Made by a program: the position numbers and the translations under genes
Shown: in pieces, positions 30,084 through 38,367 of the stretch
Layout of the letters: each line of letters opens with the position of its first letter
Position numbering within the stretch: position 1 is the stretch's first letter
The notes under the pieces: generated by a model
The model's database searches: none
What the model was told of the DNA's origin: nothing
The model's input: the letters and a program-made list of their open reading frames with translations, nothing else
Assembly: GCA_963727495.1 (NCBI GenBank)
Contig: CAVSGQ010000014.1
Location: 351,051-415,050 of the forward strand
Source: an uncultured Actinomycetota bacterium
GTDB lineage: Bacteria > Actinomycetota > Actinomycetes > Mycobacteriales > Pseudonocardiaceae
Direction of reading: 5' to 3'
DNA length: 64,000 bases

Positions 30084-31225
30084 GCTGACGCCTCCACCCG
30101 CAGTGACCAGCCGCAGGGCCGCGTGGGGCCGGCGGTCAGCACCGCACCGGCCGCGGTCACCCTGGCGCGCAGACCGTCCAGCCCGGATCCCGCACCGGCC
30201 GGACCGCCAACCCCGTCGTCGCGCACCTCCACGAAGGACGCGGCCAGCTCCACGGTGCACCGGCTGGCCCGCGCGTGCCGCACCACGTTCGTCAACCCTT
30301 CCCGGACAACCCAGCCGAACAGTTCCTGCCGCTCCGGCGGCACCCCGTCGTAGGCGGTGGGCAGGTCCGCGACGACCCCCGCCGCCCGCAGCAGCTCCCG
30401 GCCCCGGGCGAGCTCGCCGGCGAGTGTGACATCCCGGTACCCGGACACCGCAGCCCGCACGTCGGCCAGCGCCTGACGGGACAGCTGCTCCACCGATTCC
30501 ATCTCGGCCAGCGCCGCAGGAGGTGCGCCGACGGCCAACCTTCGAGCCAGGGTGCTCTTCACCGTGATGGCGGTGAGCGAGTGGCCAAGCAGGTCGTGCA
30601 GATCGCGGGCGATCCGGTTGCGTTCAGCCTCGGCGGACAGACTGGCCACCTCCGCCCTCGCCTCGCGCAGCTGCTGGTTGGCGGTAGCGGTGCGGCTGAA
30701 GGCGTGGACCAACAGCGCGGTGAACACCACGGCCACCGCGAAATACCAGTTCGGGCCGGTACTCCAGCCAGGCACCGTCATCGGCACCACGACACACGCG
30801 GTGGCGCCCAGAACCACCAGAGACGCCGCCGTCCGGGCCTCGACGCGCGCCGCTGCCGACGGCACGATCACCGCGGCAAGGATCAGCACGTTCTCGTGGG
30901 CCAGCGGCGCGACCAGCACGGCCAGCACCGTCATCACCGCCAGCAGCCACCAGTAGACCCGCCACCCCGATCGCATCGAGGCCACCACCATGGCCAGGTA
31001 GCAGGCAGAGATCGCCACCAACAGCACGTAGCCAACGACGAGGCCGGCGCCACGCGCGTACTGGGTGACACCCGCGGCCGCCAGGAACGGATAGCAGAGC
31101 ATGCCCAGTGAGAGCAGCAGCCGGCGCCGCTCGTCCAGGCCGCGCAGTTCCGCGGACGCCCGCCCGTCATCCACATCGGTGACCGTACCGCCAGCCGAGC
31201 GGACCTGCGCGGACGCTGTGATCAC
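30080..31225 (-). CDS. Membrane sensor histidine kinase (DesK-like, HisKA_3)
   Basis: Multiple TM segments, ERNRIARDLHDLLGHSL, REGLTNVVRH and DDGVG; GTGA overlap with the upstream gene. Confidence 0.92.
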   Translation of the reverse strand: MITASAQVRSAGGTVTDVDDGRASAELRGLDERRRLLLSLGMLCYPFLAAAGVTQYARGAGLVVGYVLLVAISACYLAMVVASMRSGWRVYWWLLAVMTVLAVLVAPLAHENVLILAAVIVPSAAARVEARTAASLVVLGATACVVVPMTVPGWSTGPNWYFAVAVVFTALLVHAFSRTATANQQLREARAEVASLSAEAERNRIARDLHDLLGHSLTAITVKSTLARRLAVGAPPAALAEMESVEQLSRQALADVRAAVSGYRDVTLAGELARGRELLRAAGVVADLPTAYDGVPPERQELFGWVVREGLTNVVRHARASRCTVELAASFVEVRDDGVGGPAGAGSGLDGLRARVTAAGAVLTAGPTRPCGWSLRVEASA

Positions 31226-31644
31226 CGGGCCGCGAAAGCGGTGCGCACGGACCGTGTGAGGGTCAGCAGGACAACGATGATCAGCAGCGCGCCGCACACC
31301 CCGTTCGCGATCTTGAACCAGACCGGAAAGGCGCCGGGAATCGATTCGATCACGACGATCGCCACCACCTGGGCCAGCGCGATGATCTGCACCCTGCGGT
31401 AGTTCCTCCGCGAGCCCCGGGCCATCGACACACCGATCGCGAAGGTGATCAGCGAGGCGACGGCGATGATCGAGCCGCGGATCCACACCGCATCGGTGAC
31501 CATGTCGGGGTCGCCGCTGAACACCACGATCGCCAACAGTGTCAACACGCTCACCGCCGCGTAGCCGCCGAGCAGCACCCGGGCGACGTTCAGCCTCTCG
31601 CGGATATCAGGGTCGGTCACGGTCGCGCTGGTCTGCTTCGTCAT
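31222..31644 (-). CDS. Small membrane protein (four TM) heading the two-component operon
   Basis: 140-aa hydrophobic ORF translationally coupled to the kinase. Confidence 0.8.
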   Translation of the reverse strand: MTKQTSATVTDPDIRERLNVARVLLGGYAAVSVLTLLAIVVFSGDPDMVTDAVWIRGSIIAVASLITFAIGVSMARGSRRNYRRVQIIALAQVVAIVVIESIPGAFPVWFKIANGVCGALLIIVVLLTLTRSVRTAFAAR

Positions 31645-31704
31645 GCCCTCAATGCTGATCGCCCCGCGTTCCCGCTGGTAGCGACGCTGCCCACCACCTC
31701 ATCG

Positions 31705-31716
31705 TGACATCTGTCA
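31705..31716. promoter_or_regulatory. TGACA-N2-TGTCA inverted repeat, candidate response-regulator operator
   Basis: TGACATCTGTCA about 60 bp upstream of the operon start. Confidence 0.45.
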
Positions 31717-31847
31717 GAAACTGGACATCCGACGGACCACGCTGCCGCGTACGCGCAGCCGGCGTGACGATTCCGCGCACCGCGCAGACCCTCCAACGCC
31801 TGTCCGCTCCTGCCCGACGTTCGCCGCGGTGCCGGTGTGGATCGACA

Positions 31848-32467
31848 TCAGCGTGGGCCCGGCGGCGGGAACCGGCGGATGGCCACGCCGACGAGCCGGT
31901 CCCGCGGCACGAACCCGTAGTGTCGCGAGTCCCAGCTCGTCGGCCGGTTGTCGCCGAGCACGACCACGTGCCCGGGCGACACCACGAGAACAACGGCTAT
32001 GTCGTCAGCGGCGATGACCAGCACCGCCCCGGTCACCCCCGCGAGCACAGCGACCGCGAGCTCGCGCGCGGACTGGAGGTGCCCCGGCGCTAGCGCGCCG
32101 CCGGCGGCCAGACCGGCAAGCAACAGGTTGCGGACCACGTGCCCAGGTCCGAGCGGCGCGGCCGACCTGCCGAAGCAGCGGCACGGCGCGCGCCGCCCAC
32201 GCCGCAGTGCCATCGCGACGGCACCGGTGAAGCGAGCAGTAGCCCGTCGGCCAGCACGAAGCCAACGGTCGCGGTGGCGGGCACGGCGAGGAGGACGGCG
32301 ACAGCGCTCTCCGCCGCCACCGTGACCCCGAGCGGGGCGAGCCACCGGTCCTCCACCCCGGCGCGGGCCGGCAGCGACCGCAGAAAACCGCGGAAGTCTC
32401 GCAGCTTCGACACCGAGGAGACGGCGAAGACGACGAGAAGCACGGCACAACTCCGGACGAACTCCAT
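31848..32467 (-). pseudogene. MauE/DoxX-family membrane protein fused by deletion to the C-terminus of an S26 signal peptidase
   Basis: VFAVSSVSKLR, CRCFG and HVVRNLLL (MauE), then VVVLGDNRPTSWDSRHYG (S26 box); frameshift near 32235. Confidence 0.8.
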
Positions 32468-32529
32468 GTCACGCTCCAGCAGGGCCGGGCGGCGCCTCAC
32501 GGACGCCGCCCGGCGCGATCGGGACCGCC

Positions 32530-32693
32530 TCAGCAGGGGCCATGTAGGTCCATTCGCAGCCGCCAATCGGGCGGCAGAACCGCCACCACAGGCCTGGGCG
32601 GCCCTGTGCGTTGCACAAGTCCTTGCCCTGACACGCGGAAGCAGTGGTGCTGGGCACGATCTTCACGAGCACGCGGTCAATGAATCGGCTCAT
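32530..32693 (-). CDS. Cys-rich secreted peptide precursor
   Basis: Leader MSRFIDRVLVKIVPSTTASA then core CQGKDLCNAQGRPGLWWRFCRPIGGCEWTYM. It ends at 32530 (..MGPC*) if one G is missing, otherwise it reads to 32469. Confidence 0.7.
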
Positions 32694-32757
32694 CGCTCTC
32701 CCTTCGCCCTTGTCGCGCCGAGCCTGCGCCGAAGGGTGAAAAAAGCGGCAGAGCGGC

Positions 32758-32782
32758 GGATCCCGACCGAAATCCGAACGCC
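32758..32782. promoter_or_regulatory. Shared upstream motif, copy 2
   Basis: GGATCCCGACCGAAATCCGAACGCC, 65 bp upstream of the peptide gene. Confidence 0.5.
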
Positions 32783-32790
32783 AGCGGGGT

Positions 32791-35700
32791 TCAGGACTCC
32801 GAAGGCGGCGTCGGAGGGTCGATGTTGTCGAGTAGGGTGCGGAGCTGGTTCGCCTCGGGCGCGCCGAGTTCGGTGTAGACGGTCAGAGCGAGCCGGTAGT
32901 GCTCGCGCGCACGGTCCGGATCGGCGAGCGCATGGTGGGCGTGGCCCAGCCCCGTATCGGCGCGGGCCAGCTGCTCGCGGACCCCGATGTCGGCGGCGAT
33001 CGCGCGGGCGGCACCGTGGTGGGCGAGGGCGTCAGCGGGGCACCCGGCCGCGAGCGCGGCCTCGCCGAGCCCGTTCCGCGCCCACGCCTCGCCGTGCCGG
33101 TAGCCGGTCTCGCGGAACAGGCGCAGCGCGTGCTGGTGGTGCTCGGCGGCCCGCCCGGGTTCGCCGAGCCGGGTGTGCAACAGTCCGAGACCGTCCAGGG
33201 CGTTGGCCTCACCGGTGCGGTTGCCGAGCTGCCGGAGATGGGTCAGGGCCTGGCGAAGGTGGTGGCCGGCCGGCTCGTACCAGCCCGCACGTGTCTCGAC
33301 GTCGGCCAGGTTGATCAGCGAGTATCCCTCGCTGTCCCGGTCACCGAGCCCACGAACCACGTCCAGCGCCTGCGCATAGTGCTCGGTGGCCGCCTCGTAG
33401 CGGCCCAGTCGCTTCTCGATGAAAGCGAGGTTGTTGAGCGAGCGGGCCTCCCCCGCCGGGTCGCCGGCCTTGCCGTACAGCCGCAAGGCTTGCGAGTAGT
33501 GCGCGGCGGCCGCGCCGTAGTGGCCCGTCTGCGCCTCGACGATGCCGAGATTGTTCACCGTGCGGGCTTCCCCGGCCGGGTCGCGGATCTGCCGGAACAG
33601 CTCAAGCGCCTGCCGGTAGTGCTCGGCCGCCGGCGCCGGCCGGCCGAGCCGCAGGTGCGCGGCGCCGAGGTCGGTCAGGGCGTGGGCCTGCCCCAACCGG
33701 TCGCCCGTTCTGCGGCCGGCGCGCAGGGCGTGGCCGTGCACGGCCATGGCGTCGGTGGGGTGGCCGCTGGTGAGGTAGCGGAACAGTGTGCGCGACAGCC
33801 GGACGGTGAGGTCGGGCCAACCGTGCGCTGCGGTGTGCCCGGCGATCGCGACCAGGGTGTGCCGTTCGGCGTCCAGCCAGGCGAGGGCGGTGTCCGGGTC
33901 GGCCAGGTCCGGCGCGGGGGCGGCGGCCGGTGCGATCTCGGGCCGGAGGTGGGCCTCGGCGGGATGCAGCGTGCTCATCGCGGCGGCGGCGGTCGCGAGA
34001 TAATGGTCGAACAGGCGAGTCAGCACGGCGTGCCGGTCCGCGGGGCGGTCTTCGTCGTGCGCGCGAATGGTGGCATACGCGCGGACGAGGTCGTGGAAGG
34101 TGTGCCGGCCTGGAATGCCTTGCTGCAGCAGGTGATCGCCGCACAGGTGGTTCAGGTGCGCTCGCGCCGTGTCGAGGTCGGTTCCGGCCAGCGCGGCGGC
34201 GGCGTAGGCGTCCACGTCGTGGCCGGGGTGCAGGGCGAGTAGTCGCAGCAGGCGGCGCCGGTCGGCGGGCAGGTGGTGATAGGACAGGTCCAGGGCGAGC
34301 TCGACGCCGGTGTCCAGGCGCCGGTCGCGGTGCCGTTCCTCGAGCCAGATGGCGTGGTCGGTCAGCGTCCAGCCGGGCTTGGCACGGATGTGCCCGGCCA
34401 CGAGCCCGAGCGCCAAGGGCAGATGGCCACACGCCTCGACGATCCGCGTCGGCGCCCCGGGGTCGTCACCTGCTGGGACCTCGCTTGCGGTGCGGGCCAG
34501 GAACGTCCGGCCCTCGTCCGTGGTGAACACGTCGATCGCCAGGCACGCCACCGGGTCGAGGTCACAGAGGCTGCGGCGGCTGGTCACCAGCACGGCGCAG
34601 CCCGCGGTGCCGGGGAGCAGCGGCCGGACCTGGTTTGCGTTCGCGGCGTTGTCGAGCACGATCAGCGCACTCATGCCGCCGACCCGGCGGCGGTAGAGCG
34701 CTGCCCGGGCGTCCAGGTCGTGCGGGATGCGGTGCCCGGCAACGCCCAGCAGGCGCAGGAAGGCGTCGAGGACGGCGGCCGGGTCGGCGGGCGGCTGTGC
34801 CGGATCGGGATGGAAGCCACGCAGGTTGACGAACAGGACGCGGTCGAACGGCCGTTCCCGGTCGAGCATGTGCGCGGCGTGAATCGCGAGCTGGGTCTTG
34901 CCGACCCCGGCCATGCCTTCGATCACGGAGATCACCGCGCGCGCGCCGGCCTGCTGAGCGCCGGCGAGGGCGCGGCGCAAGCGTTCCAGCTCGGGGGCGC
35001 GGCCGGTGAACGTCGCCAGGTCCGGCGGCAGCGTGTCCTGCACCCGGACCTGCCCTGCCGCGGCGCTCTCGCCGCCGATCACCTGCAGCGCCTGCCGCCA
35101 CTGCGCGACGTAGCCCACATCTGGATGAAGCGCCTGGACCACGGCGATGACGAGGTCCGTGCTCAGCCGCCGCCGGCCGAGCCGGAAGGAGTCGACCACG
35201 GTGGTCTTCCCCACCATCTCACCGGCGGACCGGCCCGCCATGGCCCAGGTCGCGTTGACGCGGTCCTTGATGGTCTCGTAGGACGGGCTGCCGGCCCAAA
35301 CCTTCAACGATCGCAACCGTTCGACCAATCCGTCCACAGTGGTCGCCTGACCCGGGTCGGGCGGCGGTGTGGGAGCCGGCCGCTCCGCACCGGTATGCGT
35401 GCCCCGGGGAATGAGCAGCCGCAGATGCTCCGCCGGGAGGGTGGACAGCAGCGCCGGGTCGGCCAACCATGCCTCCAGCGGCGCCCGCCTGCCGAGGACG
35501 CCCTGTGGCTGCTCGCTGTTCCACCGGCGCACCCAGTCGAGCAGCGCGGCCGTGAACGCCTCGTACGTCATCGGCGGCGAGCACTCGAAGCTGCTCCTCG
35601 CGGCGCGGGCCACCGCTCGCGCCTGCGTCAGCGGTGTGGCCACCACGTCCACGGCCAGGGCTCCGAGCGCGGCCCGGATCGCGGTGCGCAGCTCGTCGTC

Positions 35701-36366
35701 GCTCGGCTCGGTGTGGACCGCCAACGGCAGCCCGCCCGGCGGGCCGTAGGGTTCGGTCATGCTGATCGCCGCGCGAAGCGCGGCGAGGACCGGCTCACGG
35801 CCGGGCGGTCCCGGGCTGACCACGGTGCCGCACACCGCATGGCTCGCGCGGTCGACGAACCACGTGATCCACGGGCGGACCGGCCCCCCGCCGGTGCCGA
35901 CCTCGAGGGGTGCGGCCAGCCGGGCCGCCTCCCAGACGACGTTGCGGCACATCGCCGGCAGCCGCCGACCGCCCTCGCCGCGCAGCCGTGGCCGCACCGC
36001 CGGTGTCACGTCCCGGGCCAGTGCGCGCCGCAACGTCGCCATGCTCGGCGACGGCGGTCCGCCCGCCGCGGCGACGGCCGCCAGCTCCCGGTGCAGGGCA
36101 GAAACGTTGCCCCGCAAGTCCGCCAGCCGCCGCCGTATCGCGTCGTCGACGCGGAACCGGTCGCGGATCCCGGCGGTGACCTGCCCGGTGACACGGGCGC
36201 GGTTCAGCCACCGCCGCACGGTCCGCTCTGTCACGCCGACGCTCCCGGCCACCAGGCGCACCTGCGCCCGAGTCAGCCGCCCGGCCGTCTCGAGCTCCAG
36301 GAGCCGACGAACCGCGGCTTCGCGCCACCGCCGCGAAGCCGCCACCTCATTCGAAACCTCAGTCAC
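32791..36366 (-). CDS. Fusion of a degenerate TnsB/Mu-type transposase with XRE-HTH, NB-ARC and TPR domains
   Basis: Uninterrupted frame. N-terminal HTH and RPWITWFVD/PYGPPGGLP/WVRRWN transposase motifs, then LKVWAGSPSY HTH, GMAGVGKT, IVLDN, FHDLVRAYA and many TPRs. Likely start GTG 36366 after a TAGATT -10-like box. Confidence 0.8.
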   Translation of the reverse strand: MTEVSNEVAASRRWREAAVRRLLELETAGRLTRAQVRLVAGSVGVTERTVRRWLNRARVTGQVTAGIRDRFRVDDAIRRRLADLRGNVSALHRELAAVAAAGGPPSPSMATLRRALARDVTPAVRPRLRGEGGRRLPAMCRNVVWEAARLAAPLEVGTGGGPVRPWITWFVDRASHAVCGTVVSPGPPGREPVLAALRAAISMTEPYGPPGGLPLAVHTEPSDDELRTAIRAALGALAVDVVATPLTQARAVARAARSSFECSPPMTYEAFTAALLDWVRRWNSEQPQGVLGRRAPLEAWLADPALLSTLPAEHLRLLIPRGTHTGAERPAPTPPPDPGQATTVDGLVERLRSLKVWAGSPSYETIKDRVNATWAMAGRSAGEMVGKTTVVDSFRLGRRRLSTDLVIAVVQALHPDVGYVAQWRQALQVIGGESAAAGQVRVQDTLPPDLATFTGRAPELERLRRALAGAQQAGARAVISVIEGMAGVGKTQLAIHAAHMLDRERPFDRVLFVNLRGFHPDPAQPPADPAAVLDAFLRLLGVAGHRIPHDLDARAALYRRRVGGMSALIVLDNAANANQVRPLLPGTAGCAVLVTSRRSLCDLDPVACLAIDVFTTDEGRTFLARTASEVPAGDDPGAPTRIVEACGHLPLALGLVAGHIRAKPGWTLTDHAIWLEERHRDRRLDTGVELALDLSYHHLPADRRRLLRLLALHPGHDVDAYAAAALAGTDLDTARAHLNHLCGDHLLQQGIPGRHTFHDLVRAYATIRAHDEDRPADRHAVLTRLFDHYLATAAAAMSTLHPAEAHLRPEIAPAAAPAPDLADPDTALAWLDAERHTLVAIAGHTAAHGWPDLTVRLSRTLFRYLTSGHPTDAMAVHGHALRAGRRTGDRLGQAHALTDLGAAHLRLGRPAPAAEHYRQALELFRQIRDPAGEARTVNNLGIVEAQTGHYGAAAAHYSQALRLYGKAGDPAGEARSLNNLAFIEKRLGRYEAATEHYAQALDVVRGLGDRDSEGYSLINLADVETRAGWYEPAGHHLRQALTHLRQLGNRTGEANALDGLGLLHTRLGEPGRAAEHHQHALRLFRETGYRHGEAWARNGLGEAALAAGCPADALAHHGAARAIAADIGVREQLARADTGLGHAHHALADPDRAREHYRLALTVYTELGAPEANQLRTLLDNIDPPTPPSES

Positions 36367-36400
36367 GGTCGCCAGTGAATCTACCCCAGCACGGCCAGCG

Positions 36401-36455
36401 GACACGAGATGAGAAATCGGCGACACCTGCTGAGAACCCGATCAGATTGGGAGAA
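36401..36455. repeat. GACAC-N4-TGAGAA direct repeats (candidate transposon-end/TnsB sites)
   Basis: Copies at 36401-36415 and 36422-36436 (21-bp period), plus a degenerate third copy at 36440-36455. Confidence 0.55.
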
Positions 36456-36499
36456 GCGCCGCGACCGGGTCTCGCCCGACCGGGCGGCCACGACGCTCA

Positions 36500-37581
36500 A
36501 GGCACAGCCGTGCCGGTACCGCCGCAGCTCGCGGAGCTGCGCAAGGTGGCCGGCGAAACCGGCCTGGTGCTGCTTTCCCTGGGCGGCGACGACATCGGCT
36601 TCGCCGACATCGTCGCCGCCTGCGCGAAACCCCGGCAACTGCGACCCGTTCACCGCCGAGCTCACCGACCGGTTGGACTCCCTGGCCCGACGGCTACCCA
36701 ATGCCTACCGCGCCGTCGACGCCGTGGTGAACGGCCGCGACGCGCTCGCCGCCCGGGACGGCAGGGCCGCACCGATCATCGTGCTCGGCTACCCGTCCCT
36801 GGTCAGCATCCAGGACGTCGGCAAGTGCCCCTACCTGTCCCGCACCGACGCCGACCGCGGCGACCAACTCGTCCGCCGGCTCGACGGCGTGCTCGCCGAC
36901 GCCGCGACCGCGGCCCGCGAGGGTGGCGCACCGGTGTACTTCGCCGAAGACCTCCTGGACGCGTTCCGGCCGGACCACACGCTCTGCTCGCCGGACCGCT
37001 ACGTGGTGCCGATCAACCTGCTCGGCACCCTCGACGGCGCCACGAAACAGCAGATGATGCACCCCACCGAGCGCGGCTACCAGGCACTCACCGGCGCACT
37101 CGTGCGCTGGTCGAACCGCGAGCAGCCCGAGGTCGGCGCCCGCGGCGAGGCGGCGGCGGTCCGCATCGAGAACGTCGGTGAACCCGTCGCCGCCCGCAGC
37201 GACCACGTCCGCGGCGAGACGGTCAGCGTGCGTGCCGGCGGGTTCGCGCCGGGCAGCCCGGTGGTGCTGGACCTGCGCTCGCTGCCCCGCGCGCTGGCCA
37301 CCGGAATCGCCGCCCCGGACGACACCGTCGACCTCGTGGCCGTCCTCCCGTCCGACACCCCGACCGGCCGGCACGACCTCGTCGTGTCCGGAGTAGACGA
37401 TTCGCAAAGGCCGCACCGGGTGGCCACTACGATCGACATCCGCGGCACCACACATTGGTGGATGCACGGCCTGCTCGGCACGGCCGGCGCATGCGTCCTC
37501 TTCACCGGGGTGAGCCGGCTCAACCTCCAGCGCCTGCGCCGCACCACCGAACCCCGACAACCCCGGGCTGTTCGACGCTAG
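36500..37581 (+). pseudogene. SGNH/GDSL hydrolase, 5'-truncated and frameshifted, with C-terminal membrane anchor
   Basis: LLSLGGDDIGFADIVAAC, IIVLGYP and MHPTERGY (SGNH blocks III and V); the GDS block is absent. Confidence 0.75.
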
Positions 37582-37617
37582 ACTCGGCTGATCGATGGTG
37601 GCCGAACGGAGACTCGG

Positions 37618-38028
37618 TTGGCGGACTGGGGCGATCTTGTCGCCTATATCAAGATCAGCTATGACGTGATCCGGTTCGAACCAGACGAAGTTCGCATTCG
37701 GGTGTCGTTCGCCAAGGACGCGGAGGACATCCTCGGCCGGCGGCAGATCATGGTGGTCGCGCACGAGATCCTCGATCAGAAGGAGGACTGGGTGCAGATC
37801 GCCACGCCCTTCGCGCGGGTCGATCAAGTCGATCTGCGCGAGGTACTCACCGAGGTCGGAGATACGACCGTCGTCGGTGGGGTCGTGGTGATGGGTGACT
37901 ACCTCGTGCTGCGCCATTCCCTGCCACTGATCAATCTCGACATCAACGAGTTCACGGATCCGCTGGTTCTCGTCGCATCGGCGGCAGAGGACCTGGAACG
38001 CCGCTTCACCGGCCGCGACGAATACTGA
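37618..38028 (+). CDS. Conserved actinobacterial protein (YbjN/secretion-chaperone-like fold)
   Basis: WVQIATPF, LVLRHSLPLINLDINEF pattern; 136 aa. Confidence 0.65.
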   Translation: MADWGDLVAYIKISYDVIRFEPDEVRIRVSFAKDAEDILGRRQIMVVAHEILDQKEDWVQIATPFARVDQVDLREVLTEVGDTTVVGGVVVMGDYLVLRHSLPLINLDINEFTDPLVLVASAAEDLERRFTGRDEY

Positions 38029-38106
38029 TCACCACGACGAACGTCCCGGCGGGCACGTCTGGACCAGCGGCGCAGAATGCCACGTTTGGCGACGTCCTCG
38101 GAAGTG

Positions 38107-38257
38107 CATGAACGACCACGACCCCGCGGATGCCACCCTCCTGCTGCGGTTCCTGGCGCGCATCTCCGGCACCAGGTACGACGAGGAGGCCACCCGGGAT
38201 GCCCGGCGCCGCATCATCGCGTTCTTCGACACGCATCTGAGGGGGACTGCCGGCTGA
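38107..38257 (+). pseudogene. Dienelactone hydrolase C-terminal fragment
   Basis: NDHD...YDEEATRDARRRIIAFFDTHL. Confidence 0.55.
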
Positions 38258-38367
38258 GGACGCCCGGGGCCAACGGCCCTGTTCCGTCCGCGGTCGTCCC
38301 GGGCCAGGCTCGAGAGCGAGGGGCCACAGCGCCCGGGAAGGAGGACCGCGATGACCCACATCGCGGG

